The translations under genes were made by a program, and so were the position numbers. Positions 10,478 to 20,821 of a DNA stretch of 62,483 nt are shown here, one piece after another. Each line of letters begins with the position of its first letter. Position 1 is the first letter of the stretch. Source of the stretch: an uncultured Bacteroidales bacterium (lineage in GTDB: Bacteria > Bacteroidota > Bacteroidia > Bacteroidales > FEN-979); the NCBI GenBank assembly GCA_903824935.1, contig CAIJYT010000149.1, positions 1 to 62,483 of the forward strand, read 5' to 3'. A model generated the notes under the pieces. The model worked only from the letters and a program-made list of their open reading frames with translations. It was not told the DNA's origin and did no database searches.

Positions 10478-11500
10478 TTATTTATTTAATAAAATTACCA
10501 CTCCCGTTATCAGAATATTCAGAATTGCCAGCGGTATCAGGCCTTTCCAGCCAAGCCTCATCAGCTGGTCATACCTGAAACGGGGCAAAGTCCAGCGAAC
10601 CCACATGAAGATGAACCCGAAGAACGTGATCTTTGCAAACAGCACCAGGAAGCTTACAAAGGCAAACGCATTGGGTGACAGACCAAGCCTGTCAATGAAA
10701 GGAAAATGATATCCGCCCATAAACAAAGTAGCCATTACCGCTCCCGAAATGAACATATTGATATATTCCGAAAACAGGTAGAATCCCAGTTTCATGCTGC
10801 TGTATTCGGTATGGTAGCCTCCCACCAGTTCCGTCTCGCATTCGGGAAGGTCAAAGGGTGAACGGTTTGTCTCTGCAAATGCACAGATAAGGAAGATCAT
10901 GAATGCCACGGGCTGGTAAAAAATGTTCCAGTGAAGGCCTTGTTGCTGGTTCACGATTTCGCGCATACTCAGTGAACCTGTCATCATCACTATGGCGATG
11001 ATCGACAGGCTCATGGCCAGTTCATAGCTAATCATCTGTGATGATGCGCGGATGGCACCCAGTAACGCATATTTGTTGTTGGAAGCCCATCCCCCGATCA
11101 TAATGCCGTAAACACCGATGGAAACGATGGCAAAGATGTAGAGAATTCCAATGTTCACATCAGCCATCTGAAGGCTGTAGGTTTGTCCGTTGACGACAAT
11201 ATCGGGGCCCCAGGGGATCACTGCGCTGGTGAGACAGGCAATGAACATGGTCAGCGAAGGGCCAAGGATATAGAGGAATTTATCTGCCGTATTGGGCATG
11301 AATTCTTCCTTGAAGAAGAGCTTTATGCCGTCGGCAAGGGGCTGGAACAATCCCCATGGGCCCGCCCTGTCGGGGCCGAACCTGTCCTGGAAGAACCCGG
11401 CCATCTTTCGTTCGATCAATGTCGAATACATGGCCACAACAAGGCTCATCACCAAAACGGCTGAGGCAAGCAGGATTTTAAATATCAGCATTGTGCCCAT
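10478..11500 (-). CDS. nuoH: NADH-quinone oxidoreductase subunit H
   Basis: QPLADGIKLFFKE, AETNRSPFDLPECETELVGGYHTEYS, PRFRYDQLM. Confidence 0.95.
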   Translation of the reverse strand: MGTMLIFKILLASAVLVMSLVVAMYSTLIERKMAGFFQDRFGPDRAGPWGLFQPLADGIKLFFKEEFMPNTADKFLYILGPSLTMFIACLTSAVIPWGPDIVVNGQTYSLQMADVNIGILYIFAIVSIGVYGIMIGGWASNNKYALLGAIRASSQMISYELAMSLSIIAIVMMTGSLSMREIVNQQQGLHWNIFYQPVAFMIFLICAFAETNRSPFDLPECETELVGGYHTEYSSMKLGFYLFSEYINMFISGAVMATLFMGGYHFPFIDRLGLSPNAFAFVSFLVLFAKITFFGFIFMWVRWTLPRFRYDQLMRLGWKGLIPLAILNILITGVVILLNK

Positions 11501-12468
11501 TATTCCTGTGGTTCCGTTGTACCTTCGATAGGATGAATGATAGATCCCTTTTTCATTTCTTCATAATAATTACTGCTGATGACCGATTTCCGTTTGATCT
11601 TTCGCGGCCCTTCGATCACCCAGTCATTAATGTCTTTCTTCTCAAACCTGCATTCATTGCAGATGAATTCCTCTACTTCCCCGAACTGGTCCTTACGGCC
11701 CGTGATGCGGTAGATCTCGTTCCCGAACATCCATGCTGCGACTTTACCGCTGCATTTGCTGCACTCCCTGTGCGCATCCATGGGTTTAAGGAACCATACC
11801 CTGCTCTTGAAACGGAAAGTCCTGTCGGTAAGCGCTCCCACAGGGCATACGTCTATCATGTTCCCCGAAAAATCATTGTCAATTGCAGCCTGGATGAAGG
11901 TGCTGATTTCCATGGTATCTCCACGGTAAAGCATTCCGTGTGCCCGCTTTTTTGTGATTTGTTCTGCGGCCAGAACACAGCGGTAACAATGTATGCAGCG
12001 GTTCATATGCAGCTTGATCAGTGGGCCTATGTCCACAATGGGATATTCCCGCCTGGCTTCAAGCGTAATGGTTTCTTCAATCCCAAACCCGAAACTCAGG
12101 TCCTGCAGGTCGCATTCCCCTGCCTGGTCACAAACGGGGCAATCCAGAGGGTGGTTTAAGAGAAGAAATTCAACAACTCCTCTGCGGGCGATTTTTACTT
12201 CCTCCGAAAGGGTATTTTCAACTACCATCCCGTCCTGTACCGGTGTACTGCATGATGCTACCAGCTTGGGCATGGGGCGGGGATCCTTGAACGAACTCCT
12301 GGCGACTTTCACCAGGCAGCTCCTGCACTTTCCCCCGCTGCCTTTCAGCTTTGTGTAATAGCACATCGCAGGAGGAACAACCTTCCCTCCTATCATGCGC
12401 GCAGCCTGGAGGATCGTTGTGCCTTCTTCAACTTCGATCAGGATGTTATCTATTGTTACCTTGAACAT
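11500..12468 (-). CDS. nuoG: NADH-quinone oxidoreductase subunit G, short form (Fe-S N-terminal part only)
   Basis: Fe-S motifs CY...GKCRSC...ASC, HPLDCPVCDQAGEC, CIHCYRC...CPVGAL; 322 aa, lacks the large C-terminal molybdopterin-like domain. Confidence 0.9.
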   Translation of the reverse strand: MFKVTIDNILIEVEEGTTILQAARMIGGKVVPPAMCYYTKLKGSGGKCRSCLVKVARSSFKDPRPMPKLVASCSTPVQDGMVVENTLSEEVKIARRGVVEFLLLNHPLDCPVCDQAGECDLQDLSFGFGIEETITLEARREYPIVDIGPLIKLHMNRCIHCYRCVLAAEQITKKRAHGMLYRGDTMEISTFIQAAIDNDFSGNMIDVCPVGALTDRTFRFKSRVWFLKPMDAHRECSKCSGKVAAWMFGNEIYRITGRKDQFGEVEEFICNECRFEKKDINDWVIEGPRKIKRKSVISSNYYEEMKKGSIIHPIEGTTEPQE

Positions 12469-12486
12469 TCTTTATAACCCTAAAAA

Positions 12487-12597
12487 TTGAATTTCGAATA
12501 TTGAACAACGAATATCGAATTTTGAATTTAATATCAGATTGACAAAAGTGGTGCTATATAATTTTTCCATTCTACATTCAATGTTCAATGTTCATTT
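12487..12597. repeat. Inverted pair of heptamer arrays in the nuoF-nuoG spacer
   Basis: 12487-12528 ttgaatt tcgaata ttgaaca acgaata tcgaatt ttgaatt; 12570-12597 ttctaca ttcaatg ttcaatg ttcattt (opposite orientation, includes the nuoF stop). Confidence 0.75.
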
Positions 12598-13875
12598 TAA
12601 ATGTGCTTCAAATTCCCCGCGAAAATGCCTGATAGCACTTGCAACAGGCCAGGCTGCTGCATCGCCGAGGGGGCAGATCGTGTTCCCTTCAATATTTTTT
12701 GCAACCCTCACAAGAAGGTCTATATCACTCATCCTGCCCTGGCCGTTTTCGAGGCGGTACAGAATTTTTTCCATCCATCCCGTCCCTTCGCGGCAGGGTG
12801 AGCACTGTCCGCAAGACTCATGCCGGTAAAACCTCGTGAGGTTCCAGGTATTCCTGACAATGCACTGATCCTCGTCAAATACGATAAAGCCTCCCGATCC
12901 AAGCATGCTTCCGCTCTCAAATTCGCCTTCGGCAAGAGATTCATAACTGATAAGCCGTTGTTCTCCCTTAGCGGTATTCAGTATTAGATCTGCAGGAAGA
13001 ATGGGCACTGATGATCCTCCCGGGATCACTGCTTTGAGCATCCTGCCGTTGCGTATCCCACCGCAGTATTCATCAGAATAAATAAAATCCTCAACAGCAA
13101 GCCCCAGTTCAATCTCGTAAACCCCGGGCCTGTTGATATTTCCGCAGGCCGAAATCAGCTTGGTGCCTGTGCTTTTCCCGATCCCGATTTTAGAATAAGC
13201 TTCGCCTCCCATCTCAATGATGGTTGCAACAGTTGCGAGCGTCTCAACATTATTGACAACCGTAGGGCAATCATATAATCCCTTGTAAGCCGGGAAAGGC
13301 GGCTTTATCCTGGGATTGCCACGCTTGCCTTCGAGCGATTCAAGCAAGGCAGTTTCTTCCCCGCAGATGTATGCACCTGCACCGGGATGTACGTATATTT
13401 CCAGTGAAAAATCTGTGCCGAGTATTTTCTCGCCAAGGTATTTATTTTGTTTCGCTTCGCGGATAGCGGATTCCATTATTCCCACAAGGTACTTGAACTC
13501 CCCCCTGATGTAAATATAACAGGTCTTCACGCCAAGCGCATAACTTGAAATAATAAGTCCTTCTATCAACAGGTGCGGCAATCTTTCCATCAGGAAGCGG
13601 TCCTTGAAAGTCCCGGGCTCGCTTTCATCGGCATTGCAGACAAGGTAACGGGGCCTGTCGGACTTCCTGTCGAGGAAGCTCCACTTCAGACCTGTCGGGA
13701 ACCCCGCTCCACCACGGCCGCGAAGACCCGACTTGATGACTTCCTGCTGAACCTGCGCAGGGCTCATCTCAAGAAGGCCTTTGTCGACCGACTTGTAGCC
13801 GCCATTCGCCCGGTAGACCCCGAAGTTCCGGATGCCCGGTACGTTCACCTTATCTAGGAGAATTGTTCTGCCCAT
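12592..13875 (-). CDS. nuoF: NADH-quinone oxidoreductase subunit F (FMN/NADH-binding)
   Basis: GLRGRGGAGFPTGLKW, NADESEPGTFKDR, GAGAYICGEETAL, ESCGQCSPCREG. Confidence 0.95.
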   Translation of the reverse strand: MGRTILLDKVNVPGIRNFGVYRANGGYKSVDKGLLEMSPAQVQQEVIKSGLRGRGGAGFPTGLKWSFLDRKSDRPRYLVCNADESEPGTFKDRFLMERLPHLLIEGLIISSYALGVKTCYIYIRGEFKYLVGIMESAIREAKQNKYLGEKILGTDFSLEIYVHPGAGAYICGEETALLESLEGKRGNPRIKPPFPAYKGLYDCPTVVNNVETLATVATIIEMGGEAYSKIGIGKSTGTKLISACGNINRPGVYEIELGLAVEDFIYSDEYCGGIRNGRMLKAVIPGGSSVPILPADLILNTAKGEQRLISYESLAEGEFESGSMLGSGGFIVFDEDQCIVRNTWNLTRFYRHESCGQCSPCREGTGWMEKILYRLENGQGRMSDIDLLVRVAKNIEGNTICPLGDAAAWPVASAIRHFRGEFEAHLK

Positions 13876-14433
13876 CCTGTTGATTGTCCGTCTTCAGATT
13901 TATTCCTGAGGTCTTCGATAATTTTTTCAACCCCCTTACTTGTCATATGCTCATAAAATTCAGTGTTAACCTGCATGGAAGGGCCGCTTCCGCATGCTCC
14001 CAGGCATTCCACCTCTTTCAGGGTAAACATGCCGTCGGGAGTGGTTTCCCCGGTTTCAATATGAAGGTAATCCTTGATATGCTGTAACACCTCTTCTCCG
14101 CCGCAGATCGCACACGGACCTGTATGGCAGACTTCCAGTATGTATTTCCCCATTTTTTCAAGATAAAACATTGAATAAAATGTTGCCACTTCGTAAACCT
14201 CCATAGGGTTAAGCCCCAACAGTGAAGCCACATAATCCATTATATCCACACTGAGGTAACCACCGAGTTTTTCCTGGGCAATATGCAGCACAGGCAGCAA
14301 TGCCGATTTCTGCCTCCCTTCAGGATACCTGCGGATGAGGGAGCGGATTTTCTCCAGCGTTTCGTCTGAAAACGAAACAGCTTTGTTCTCCCCTTACAAA
14401 CAGATGATGGTTAACCTTATTCCCTGCGTTCAT
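13854..14433 (-). CDS. nuoE: NADH-quinone oxidoreductase subunit E (5' end appears frameshifted)
   Basis: 2Fe-2S motif VCHTGPC...ECLGAC. The NuoE frame extends to ~14390 (ENKAVSFSDETLEKIRSLIRRYPEGRQKSALL) and is closed by TAA; the ATG at 14433 is in frame only if one G is removed from the G4 run (14390-14393). Confidence 0.85.
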
Positions 14434-14444
14434 GAATTTTTTTT

Positions 14445-14480
14445 ATTTCGCTATTTCGCTATTTCACCATTTCGCTATTT
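14445..14480. repeat. Octamer array (ATTTCGCT)x4, nuoD-nuoE spacer
   Basis: atttcgct atttcgct atttcacc atttcgct attt. Confidence 0.8.
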
Positions 14481-14482
14481 AT

Positions 14483-15658
14483 TTACGCATCTAATTCACC
14501 GGCTATGACATTCATACTGCTCATCGTCAATATTGCATCCGACAAAACCCCTCCCCTGATCATCTCCGGGTAAGCCTGGTAATAAACAAAACATGGCCTG
14601 CGGAAATGCAGGCGGTAAGCTGCCCGTCCGCCGTCGCTAACCAGGTAAAACCCAAGCTCCCCGTTTCCGCCTTCCACCGAGTGAAAAACCTCGCCAACGG
14701 GTGCATCGATCTCACCCATCACTATTTTAAAATGATAGATTAGCGCTTCCATTTTACTGTATACTTCTTCCTTAGGAGGAAGGTAAACATGAGGGGCATC
14801 CACATGGAAATCCCCTTCGGGCAGGTTGTCCAGGGCATTCCTTACCAGTTTAAGGCTCTGCCATATCTCTTCCTGCCTCACACAGAAACGGTCGTAAGTA
14901 TCGCCCTGGGTCCCCAGGGGGATGGTAAAATCAAAATCATCATAAGAACAATAAGGCGTCATGACCCGCACATCGTAGTCCACACCGGCAGCCCTCAGGT
15001 TCGGGCCGGTAAACCCGTAATTCAGGGCCCTCTCGGCACTGATAGGTCCTACTTTGATGGTCCGGTCCATGAAAATGCGGTTGCGCATCAGGAGCTTCTC
15101 AAACTCATGAAGCACCTTGGGCAGGCGGTCGAGAAACTCCCTGATCTTTTTATAGACCGTGGTATTGAAATCACGTTCAAATCCTCCTATTCTTCCCAGG
15201 TTGGTCGTAAGCCTCGCCCCGCTGATCTCTTCATAGATCTCATAAACCTTTTCCCTTTCCTGGAAAACATAAATAAAGCCGGTAAGGGCGCCGCTGTCAA
15301 CTCCGACCACCGAATTGCAGACGAGGTGATCTGTAATCCGCGCGAGCTCCATGATAATGAGCCTCATATAATCGATGCGCTTGGTGGTTTTGATGCCCAG
15401 GAGCTTTTCAACAGTAAGCTGCCAGCCGATATTGTTGATGGGCGAAGAGCAGTAGTTAAGCCGGTCGGTGAGAGGTGTGACCTGGTAAAAAGGCCTGCGT
15501 TCCGCAATTTTTTCAAATGCACGGTGAATGTACCCTATGGTCTGCTCGGCATCAAGAATGATTTCCCCGTCCATTTTCAGGACGTTCTGGAAGATCCCAT
15601 GCGTGGCCGGGTGCGTCGGGCCGAGATTCAGGGTCGTATATTGCTTTTCGGTGTTCAT
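14483..15658 (-). CDS. nuoD: NADH-quinone oxidoreductase subunit D
   Basis: [27 protein letters not shown] end. Start moved to ATG 15658 (MNTEKQ) because the upstream ORF extension overlaps nuoC and translates a repeat. Confidence 0.95.
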   Translation of the reverse strand: MNTEKQYTTLNLGPTHPATHGIFQNVLKMDGEIILDAEQTIGYIHRAFEKIAERRPFYQVTPLTDRLNYCSSPINNIGWQLTVEKLLGIKTTKRIDYMRLIIMELARITDHLVCNSVVGVDSGALTGFIYVFQEREKVYEIYEEISGARLTTNLGRIGGFERDFNTTVYKKIREFLDRLPKVLHEFEKLLMRNRIFMDRTIKVGPISAERALNYGFTGPNLRAAGVDYDVRVMTPYCSYDDFDFTIPLGTQGDTYDRFCVRQEEIWQSLKLVRNALDNLPEGDFHVDAPHVYLPPKEEVYSKMEALIYHFKIVMGEIDAPVGEVFHSVEGGNGELGFYLVSDGGRAAYRLHFRRPCFVYYQAYPEMIRGGVLSDAILTMSSMNVIAGELDA

Positions 15659-15670
15659 AAACCATCTGTG

Positions 15671-15716
15671 AATAGCGAAAAATAATTTCGCTATTTCGCT
15701 ATTTCGCCATTTCGCT
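15671..15716. repeat. Octamer array (ATTTCGCT)x4 plus one inverted unit, nuoC-nuoD spacer
   Basis: aatagcgaaa ... atttcgct atttcgct atttcgcc atttcgct. Confidence 0.8.
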
Positions 15717-15725
15717 TTTTCTTTA

Positions 15726-16220
15726 TCATCTTCCAAAGAATCGATTATCCTTGTCTTCCCTCGTCGGGTCCTCAAGCGGATATTCCTTCCGCATCGGAAA
15801 ATAATCAAGGTATTCCACATTCAATATCCTCTTCAGGTTGGGATGCCCTTCAAATATGATCCCAAAAAAATCATACGTCTCCCTTTCCATCCAGTTTGCA
15901 GCTGAAAACAGGTCACTGACCGTCCTCACACCGGGATAGTCACCGCTTACGAAAGTCTTTATCCTCAGCCTCTTGTTTTCATAGAAATTATGAAGGTGGT
16001 ATATAACCCCGAACGCAAGTCCGCGGTCGGGATAGTGTATCCCGGTAAGGTCCGTCAGGAACCGGAATCCCAGGCTTGGATTGTCTTTCAGAAATGCAAT
16101 AACATCATACGAAACCGGCGAGGCAACGGTTATGGTAAGAATATCCAGACTGTCGTCAACATCCAGTATATCTTCACCAAACTTTTTCCTCAGCTTATCG
16201 TTGATGAACGAATTTTCCAT
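15726..16220 (-). CDS. nuoC: NADH-quinone oxidoreductase subunit C
   Basis: ANWMERETYDFFGIIFEGHPNLKRIL, FPMRKEYP. Confidence 0.95.
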   Translation of the reverse strand: MENSFINDKLRKKFGEDILDVDDSLDILTITVASPVSYDVIAFLKDNPSLGFRFLTDLTGIHYPDRGLAFGVIYHLHNFYENKRLRIKTFVSGDYPGVRTVSDLFSAANWMERETYDFFGIIFEGHPNLKRILNVEYLDYFPMRKEYPLEDPTREDKDNRFFGR

Positions 16221-16261
16221 TGTTAATCACAGCGGATAACATTCTCCGCCCCTCTGAATGA

Positions 16262-16825
16262 TTATTGTTTTTTTAAAATCCCGTACTTTATCAAAACTTC
16301 CCTGTACTCATCCGAATAACGCCTTCTCAGGGGTTCGTGTGCGACCAGGTCCTGTATCCTCATAAAACCATCTATGATCTGTTCGGGTCTCGGCGGGCAT
16401 CCCGGGACGTACACATCCACAGGAACAATCCTGTCGATACCCTGCAATACACTGTATGTGTCAAATATCCCTCCGCTTGAAGCACATGCCCCGACGGCAA
16501 TAACCCAACGCGGCTCGGCCATCTGCTCATAAACCTGCTGCACAACAGGTCCCATTTTTTTTGCAATGGTTCCCATTACCATCAACAGGTCGGCCTGCCG
16601 GGGACTGAAACTCAGCCTTTCGGCACCGAAACGCCCGAGGTCATAATGAGCTCCCATGGTTGCCATGAACTCAATGCCGCAGCATGATGTTGCAAAAGGC
16701 AGCGGCCAGATGGAATTGCTCCTTGCCAGGCCTATCACCTTGTCGAAACTCGTAGCGAACAAACCCGGAGAGGAATATCCTTCCGGCGGATCAACTTTAC
16801 TGTATATCGGCTTACTTGTTTCCAA
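16262..16825 (-). CDS. nuoB: NADH-quinone oxidoreductase subunit B
   Basis: FATSCCGIEFM, SPRQAD, GACASSGG, VYVPGCPPRPE. Confidence 0.95.
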   Translation of the reverse strand: METSKPIYSKVDPPEGYSSPGLFATSFDKVIGLARSNSIWPLPFATSCCGIEFMATMGAHYDLGRFGAERLSFSPRQADLLMVMGTIAKKMGPVVQQVYEQMAEPRWVIAVGACASSGGIFDTYSVLQGIDRIVPVDVYVPGCPPRPEQIIDGFMRIQDLVAHEPLRRRYSDEYREVLIKYGILKKQ

Positions 16826-16840
16826 AATTTCGCTATTTAA

Positions 16841-17224
16841 TCATTCTTCCCAGTTAAATGCTCCCTTTTTATAGATGTAATAAAACCCGAACAGCAGAAA
16901 GCCCAGGAACAACAGCATCTCCAAAAATCCATCCCATCCTGATTCCTTGAAATTAATAGCCCAGGGATAAAAGAAAATGATCTCAACATCAAACAGTACA
17001 AACAGTATGGCTATCAGAAAATATTTCACCGAAAACGGGAAACGGGCATTTCCCTTAACTTCTATCCCACACTCGAAATTTTCATCCTTCCTCAGGGTGC
17101 GGATCTTCTTCCTCTTCCCGCCAATAACATGGGTCAGCACCATGGTGATCACAACAAAGCCAAGCGCCACAACCGATTGTACGAGAATCGGGATATAATC
17201 CGAAGGAATGAATGTTCTTTCCAT
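16841..17224 (-). CDS. nuoA: NADH-quinone oxidoreductase subunit A
   Basis: FECGI, AILFVLFDVEIIFFYPWA, KKGAFNW. Confidence 0.95.
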   Translation of the reverse strand: MERTFIPSDYIPILVQSVVALGFVVITMVLTHVIGGKRKKIRTLRKDENFECGIEVKGNARFPFSVKYFLIAILFVLFDVEIIFFYPWAINFKESGWDGFLEMLLFLGFLLFGFYYIYKKGAFNWEE

Positions 17225-17247
17225 CGTTTATTTAGATTAATTCTTTA

Positions 17248-17255
17248 CAAAGATA
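17248..17255 (-). promoter_or_regulatory. -7 promoter element of the nuo operon
   Basis: TATCTTTG (TAnnTTTG) 23 nt upstream of nuoA. Confidence 0.6.
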
Positions 17256-17271
17256 CTGTTTTCTGAAATTA

Positions 17272-17289
17272 TTGTTACAAATTAAACAA
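17272..17289. promoter_or_regulatory. Rex-like 18-bp palindrome at the nuo promoter
   Basis: TTGTTAcaaatTaAACAA resembles the Rex box TTGTGAA-N4-TTCACAA and the site upstream of hdrC. Confidence 0.45.
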
Positions 17290-17395
17290 TTTTCCTCTGA
17301 AGCAAACAGGTAAAAAAATCAATGCTTTAATAAACTGCACAAATACAGGCAAAAAGAATGGTCTGACCTGGTTGGGAAGTCAGGCATGAGGGCTT

Positions 17396-17818
17396 TCAGT
17401 GTATGAAGTGAAAATAAATACCCAGCTTAACAAGCCAGATGAGCAGGACTATAAAAAGCAGGCCGAAAAGTACAACTTTCCTTTTCAGAAATGCATTGAT
17501 CCTCAGATAAAACCTGTAAAAACTTTCCCGGCCCAGAATAAGGTCGGCAAGTATCCAGTAAGGAATGACAGCAACTATGAGAATCCCGGCAAATCCCAGG
17601 GGATTTTCAGCAAAAGCTTTCTTCAGATCTCCGTGCAGTATAGATACAATGGAGTGGATGCTGCCGCATGAAGGGCAGGGTATTCCTGTAACCTGTTTAA
17701 AGATGCAGGTATTGAAAGCTTCTTCCCGTCTCTCAAGCTTCTTATAACTGTATGCGATCCAGATCTGCCCGGCAAGACCCAGGAAAAGGGCCAGGAAATA
17801 CAACCGCCTGCGGGTCAT
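17396..17818 (-). CDS. DUF2752 family membrane protein
   Basis: CIFKQVTGIPCPSCGSIHS...NP motif with flanking TM helices. Confidence 0.85.
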   Translation of the reverse strand: MTRRRLYFLALFLGLAGQIWIAYSYKKLERREEAFNTCIFKQVTGIPCPSCGSIHSIVSILHGDLKKAFAENPLGFAGILIVAVIPYWILADLILGRESFYRFYLRINAFLKRKVVLFGLLFIVLLIWLVKLGIYFHFIH

Positions 17819-18157
17819 TTAACCAAGGATCAATCTCAGCTTTTCAAAGTTCACTTCCTTTGTACGTCCCATGATCAGGAACCAGTCCACAATTGTCCAG
17901 ATACCAAGGCCACCACAGGTCAGAAGTTTGGCAACGCCCAGTCCGGTATCCCCCAGGATAAACCTGTCAATCCCGAAATGACCACCGAGGATAGAGATAA
18001 TAAGCATCAGTATCGGTTCCCTGTAGGTTGTAGACTGTATCATCATGAACCTGGAGTCATCGGTTTGCAGTAATTTTTCCCTGATCGCCGGAAGCAGGTG
18101 AGGTTCGAAAAACTTTGCATAAGACATAATGAACATGTCGGCTTTCTGTGCATCCAT
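17819..18157 (-). CDS. TM2 domain-containing protein
   Basis: GHFGIDRFILGDTGLGVAKLLTCGGLGIWTIVDWFLI. Confidence 0.9.
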   Translation of the reverse strand: MDAQKADMFIMSYAKFFEPHLLPAIREKLLQTDDSRFMMIQSTTYREPILMLIISILGGHFGIDRFILGDTGLGVAKLLTCGGLGIWTIVDWFLIMGRTKEVNFEKLRLILG

Positions 18158-18274
18158 AAACTTTTGGTTTTGGTTGATTTGATTTATTAGATGCCTTGAA
18201 ACTTTAATAAGTTACAGCATCAGGTAGTAAATATACAAATTTTATACTTTTACAAATCAAAATCGAACATACTG

Positions 18275-20098
18275 ATGAATGCAATGCCCCTTGTTATCGG
18301 CGCTCTTGCCATTTTCGCCCTGGCTTACCGGTTTTATTTCAGTTTCATCACTGCAAAAGTCCTGACCCTGGATGACAACCGGGCCACTCCTGCAACTGAA
18401 TTCTACGACAAGCAGAATTATGTTCCCATGAACAAATGGGTACTCTTTGGTCACCACTTTGCTGCCATTGCAGGTGCCGGTCCCCTGGTAGGCCCGGTGC
18501 TTGCATGCCAGTTCGGGTATTTCCCGGGTTTTGTCTGGATGGTCGTGGGCGCCGTAATGGCCGGTGCAGTTCATGACGTGGTCATTCTCTCAGCTTCCGT
18601 CAGGCACGAAGGCAAATCGCTTGCCCTGATCGCACGCGAAGAAATAGGTAAAGCGACCAGCGGGGTCACCGCTTCATTTGCCACCTTCATAATCATAATC
18701 ATCTCCCTTGCAGGCCTTGGCCTGGTGGTCGTGAATGCTCTGACGCATTCACCCTGGGGAACTTTCACCATCGCTTCAACCATCCCTATCGCCCTGCTGA
18801 TGGGTGTCTGGATGTTCGTCTGGAGAAAACATAAAACCGCCGAAGCAACGGTTTTTGGAGTGATACTTCTCACCCTGGCGGTCATCTTCGGGAAATATGT
18901 TCCGGGATCACCAATATCCTCCTGGTTTGATTTTGATGTCAAAACCATGACACTTCTCCTTGCAGGTTACGGGTTCTTTGCTTCAGTTCTGCCTGTGTGG
19001 CTTCTTCTCTCCCCCCGAGACTACCTGAGCTCCATCATGAAACTGGGCGTGGTTGCCATGCTCGCAGTCGGCATCATCATCGTAGCCCCTGTGCTTAGAA
19101 TGCCGGCATTCACACCCTTTGTATACGGAGGCGGGCCTATAATTCCGGGGACCCTCTTTCCTTATCTTTTTATTACCATTGCCTGCGGGGCGATCTCAGG
19201 CTTTCATTCGCTGATAAGCTCAGGAACCACCCCCAAAATGATCATGACCGAAGCGCATATCAAACCCATAGCCGTCGGTGCCATGCTTTCCGAAGGCCTC
19301 GTCAGCATTATGGCGCTCATTGCAGCCGCAAGCCTCCTTCCTATGGATTATTTCATGATCAACGTTCCTGCCGAAAAACTGGCCCACTATCTTCCCATGC
19401 TTAAATCACTCGGCTTTACAGCTTCCGATCTGCCCCGTCTGCAGGCAGAGGTTGGGGAAAATGTGACAGGCCGCACAGGCGGCGCTGTTTCACTGGCCGT
19501 TGGGATGGCACAGATCTTTTCATCCATCCCCGGGTTCAAATCATTGATGAGCTACTGGTACCATTTCGCCATCATGTTCGAAGCCCTGTTCATCCTTACG
19601 ACAATAGACGCCGGTACCCGTGTTGCAAGGTTCATACTGCAGGAAATGTTCGGAAAAGTTTATAAGCCACTTGGGCGCACCGAGTGGCTGCCTGCAAATC
19701 TTTTTGCCAGTGCTATCGTGGTATTTTTCTGGGGATATTTTATTTACACAGGCAGCATTTCAACGATATGGCCGATGTTCGGGACGGCAAACCAGCTTCT
19801 GGCCACTATTGCACTGACTGTTGGTACCACCTACATCATCAATAACGGGAAAATAAAGTATGCCTGGGTAACTATCATTCCGCTTGTCTTTGTAGGCATC
19901 ACCACCCTTACTGCAGGAACAATGAATATAATCGGCATCTATATTCCCCAGATGAGTACCGATAAACACTTTTTACAGGGGATGATAAATCTTGTAATGA
20001 CTGCTCTGATTATGATTTCGGTACTGATCATCCTCAGGGATGCCATTCCGATATGGATAAAAGCAAAGCGGGAAAGCCGGTTGGGAATAGCCGTTTAG
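18275..20098 (+). CDS. cstA: Carbon starvation protein A family (peptide/pyruvate) transporter
   Basis: [54 protein letters not shown]. Confidence 0.9.
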   Translation: MNAMPLVIGALAIFALAYRFYFSFITAKVLTLDDNRATPATEFYDKQNYVPMNKWVLFGHHFAAIAGAGPLVGPVLACQFGYFPGFVWMVVGAVMAGAVHDVVILSASVRHEGKSLALIAREEIGKATSGVTASFATFIIIIISLAGLGLVVVNALTHSPWGTFTIASTIPIALLMGVWMFVWRKHKTAEATVFGVILLTLAVIFGKYVPGSPISSWFDFDVKTMTLLLAGYGFFASVLPVWLLLSPRDYLSSIMKLGVVAMLAVGIIIVAPVLRMPAFTPFVYGGGPIIPGTLFPYLFITIACGAISGFHSLISSGTTPKMIMTEAHIKPIAVGAMLSEGLVSIMALIAAASLLPMDYFMINVPAEKLAHYLPMLKSLGFTASDLPRLQAEVGENVTGRTGGAVSLAVGMAQIFSSIPGFKSLMSYWYHFAIMFEALFILTTIDAGTRVARFILQEMFGKVYKPLGRTEWLPANLFASAIVVFFWGYFIYTGSISTIWPMFGTANQLLATIALTVGTTYIINNGKIKYAWVTIIPLVFVGITTLTAGTMNIIGIYIPQMSTDKHFLQGMINLVMTALIMISVLIILRDAIPIWIKAKRESRLGIAV

Positions 20099-20105
20099 GA
20101 TGGAT

Positions 20106-20792
20106 TTACTTCAGGTTGGTTTCAACCAGCTTAACATCCAGTTCGCCGGGTGTTCCATGATGGCTGTAACGGTACCTCACAATGCCTATTCCAGGCACAA
20201 CGTCTATTGTCATATCGTCGGCCAGGGTTTTATAATTGACTGTAAACCTGTCGAAAGGACCTAGCAATTTCAATCCCCTGATCGATGAGGCTTCAAAGGC
20301 GTGCCTGTCCGTAACCCGCCAGAAGTAATTCAGATCCTCCCTAGTCATTTGTGAAGCTTCACCAAAAGTCTGCCCGGTATCAACCAGCTCTTCCAAAAAA
20401 AGTTCAGAATCACTGAACAGGCCCGCAAGGATATTATTCCTGTCAAGAATTGACTTCCTTACCGAGTCAGTCTTCGGGGAGATGAATTTATAATAATGCT
20501 GATCTGCTGTTACCAGAAGCCCCCATTCCGAAGGTTCCCAATCCTCGCCGCCCAGGATATCGGTGGGAAATCCCTTCAGTGTTGCAAATGTCAGGCTTCC
20601 CCTTTTTTTTACTTCGCTTACCCTGATGTTAAGGGTGACCGGCTTGTTATTATAATTCCCTTTGTAAACCCAGCAATTTGATTGCTTTAACGGAATGATC
20701 TCTTTTTGATGGTTCCTGCCATCCCTGCATGCAATCATTGACATTATCAATATAACGGTCAATATGTTCAGAAAGATTACCGGCCTTTTCAT
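20106..20792 (-). CDS. Hypothetical lipoprotein
   Basis: Hydrophobic signal ending MIAC (lipobox-like); beta-rich body with VPGIGIVRY. Confidence 0.6.
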   Translation of the reverse strand: MKRPVIFLNILTVILIMSMIACRDGRNHQKEIIPLKQSNCWVYKGNYNNKPVTLNIRVSEVKKRGSLTFATLKGFPTDILGGEDWEPSEWGLLVTADQHYYKFISPKTDSVRKSILDRNNILAGLFSDSELFLEELVDTGQTFGEASQMTREDLNYFWRVTDRHAFEASSIRGLKLLGPFDRFTVNYKTLADDMTIDVVPGIGIVRYRYSHHGTPGELDVKLVETNLK

Positions 20793-20821
20793 CCTTAAAT
20801 TTTTTGCAAATTAATAAATTG

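Noticed and set aside
14789-15685. 298-aa + strand ORF
   Set aside because: Antisense shadow of nuoD; no recognisable motifs
15659-15820. N-terminal ORF extensions of nuoD (also flxA 52996-53103, osmC, ltaE, the 34899 ORF, acyltransferase)
   Set aside because: They overlap neighbouring genes, promoters or repeat arrays; family homology begins at downstream ATGs
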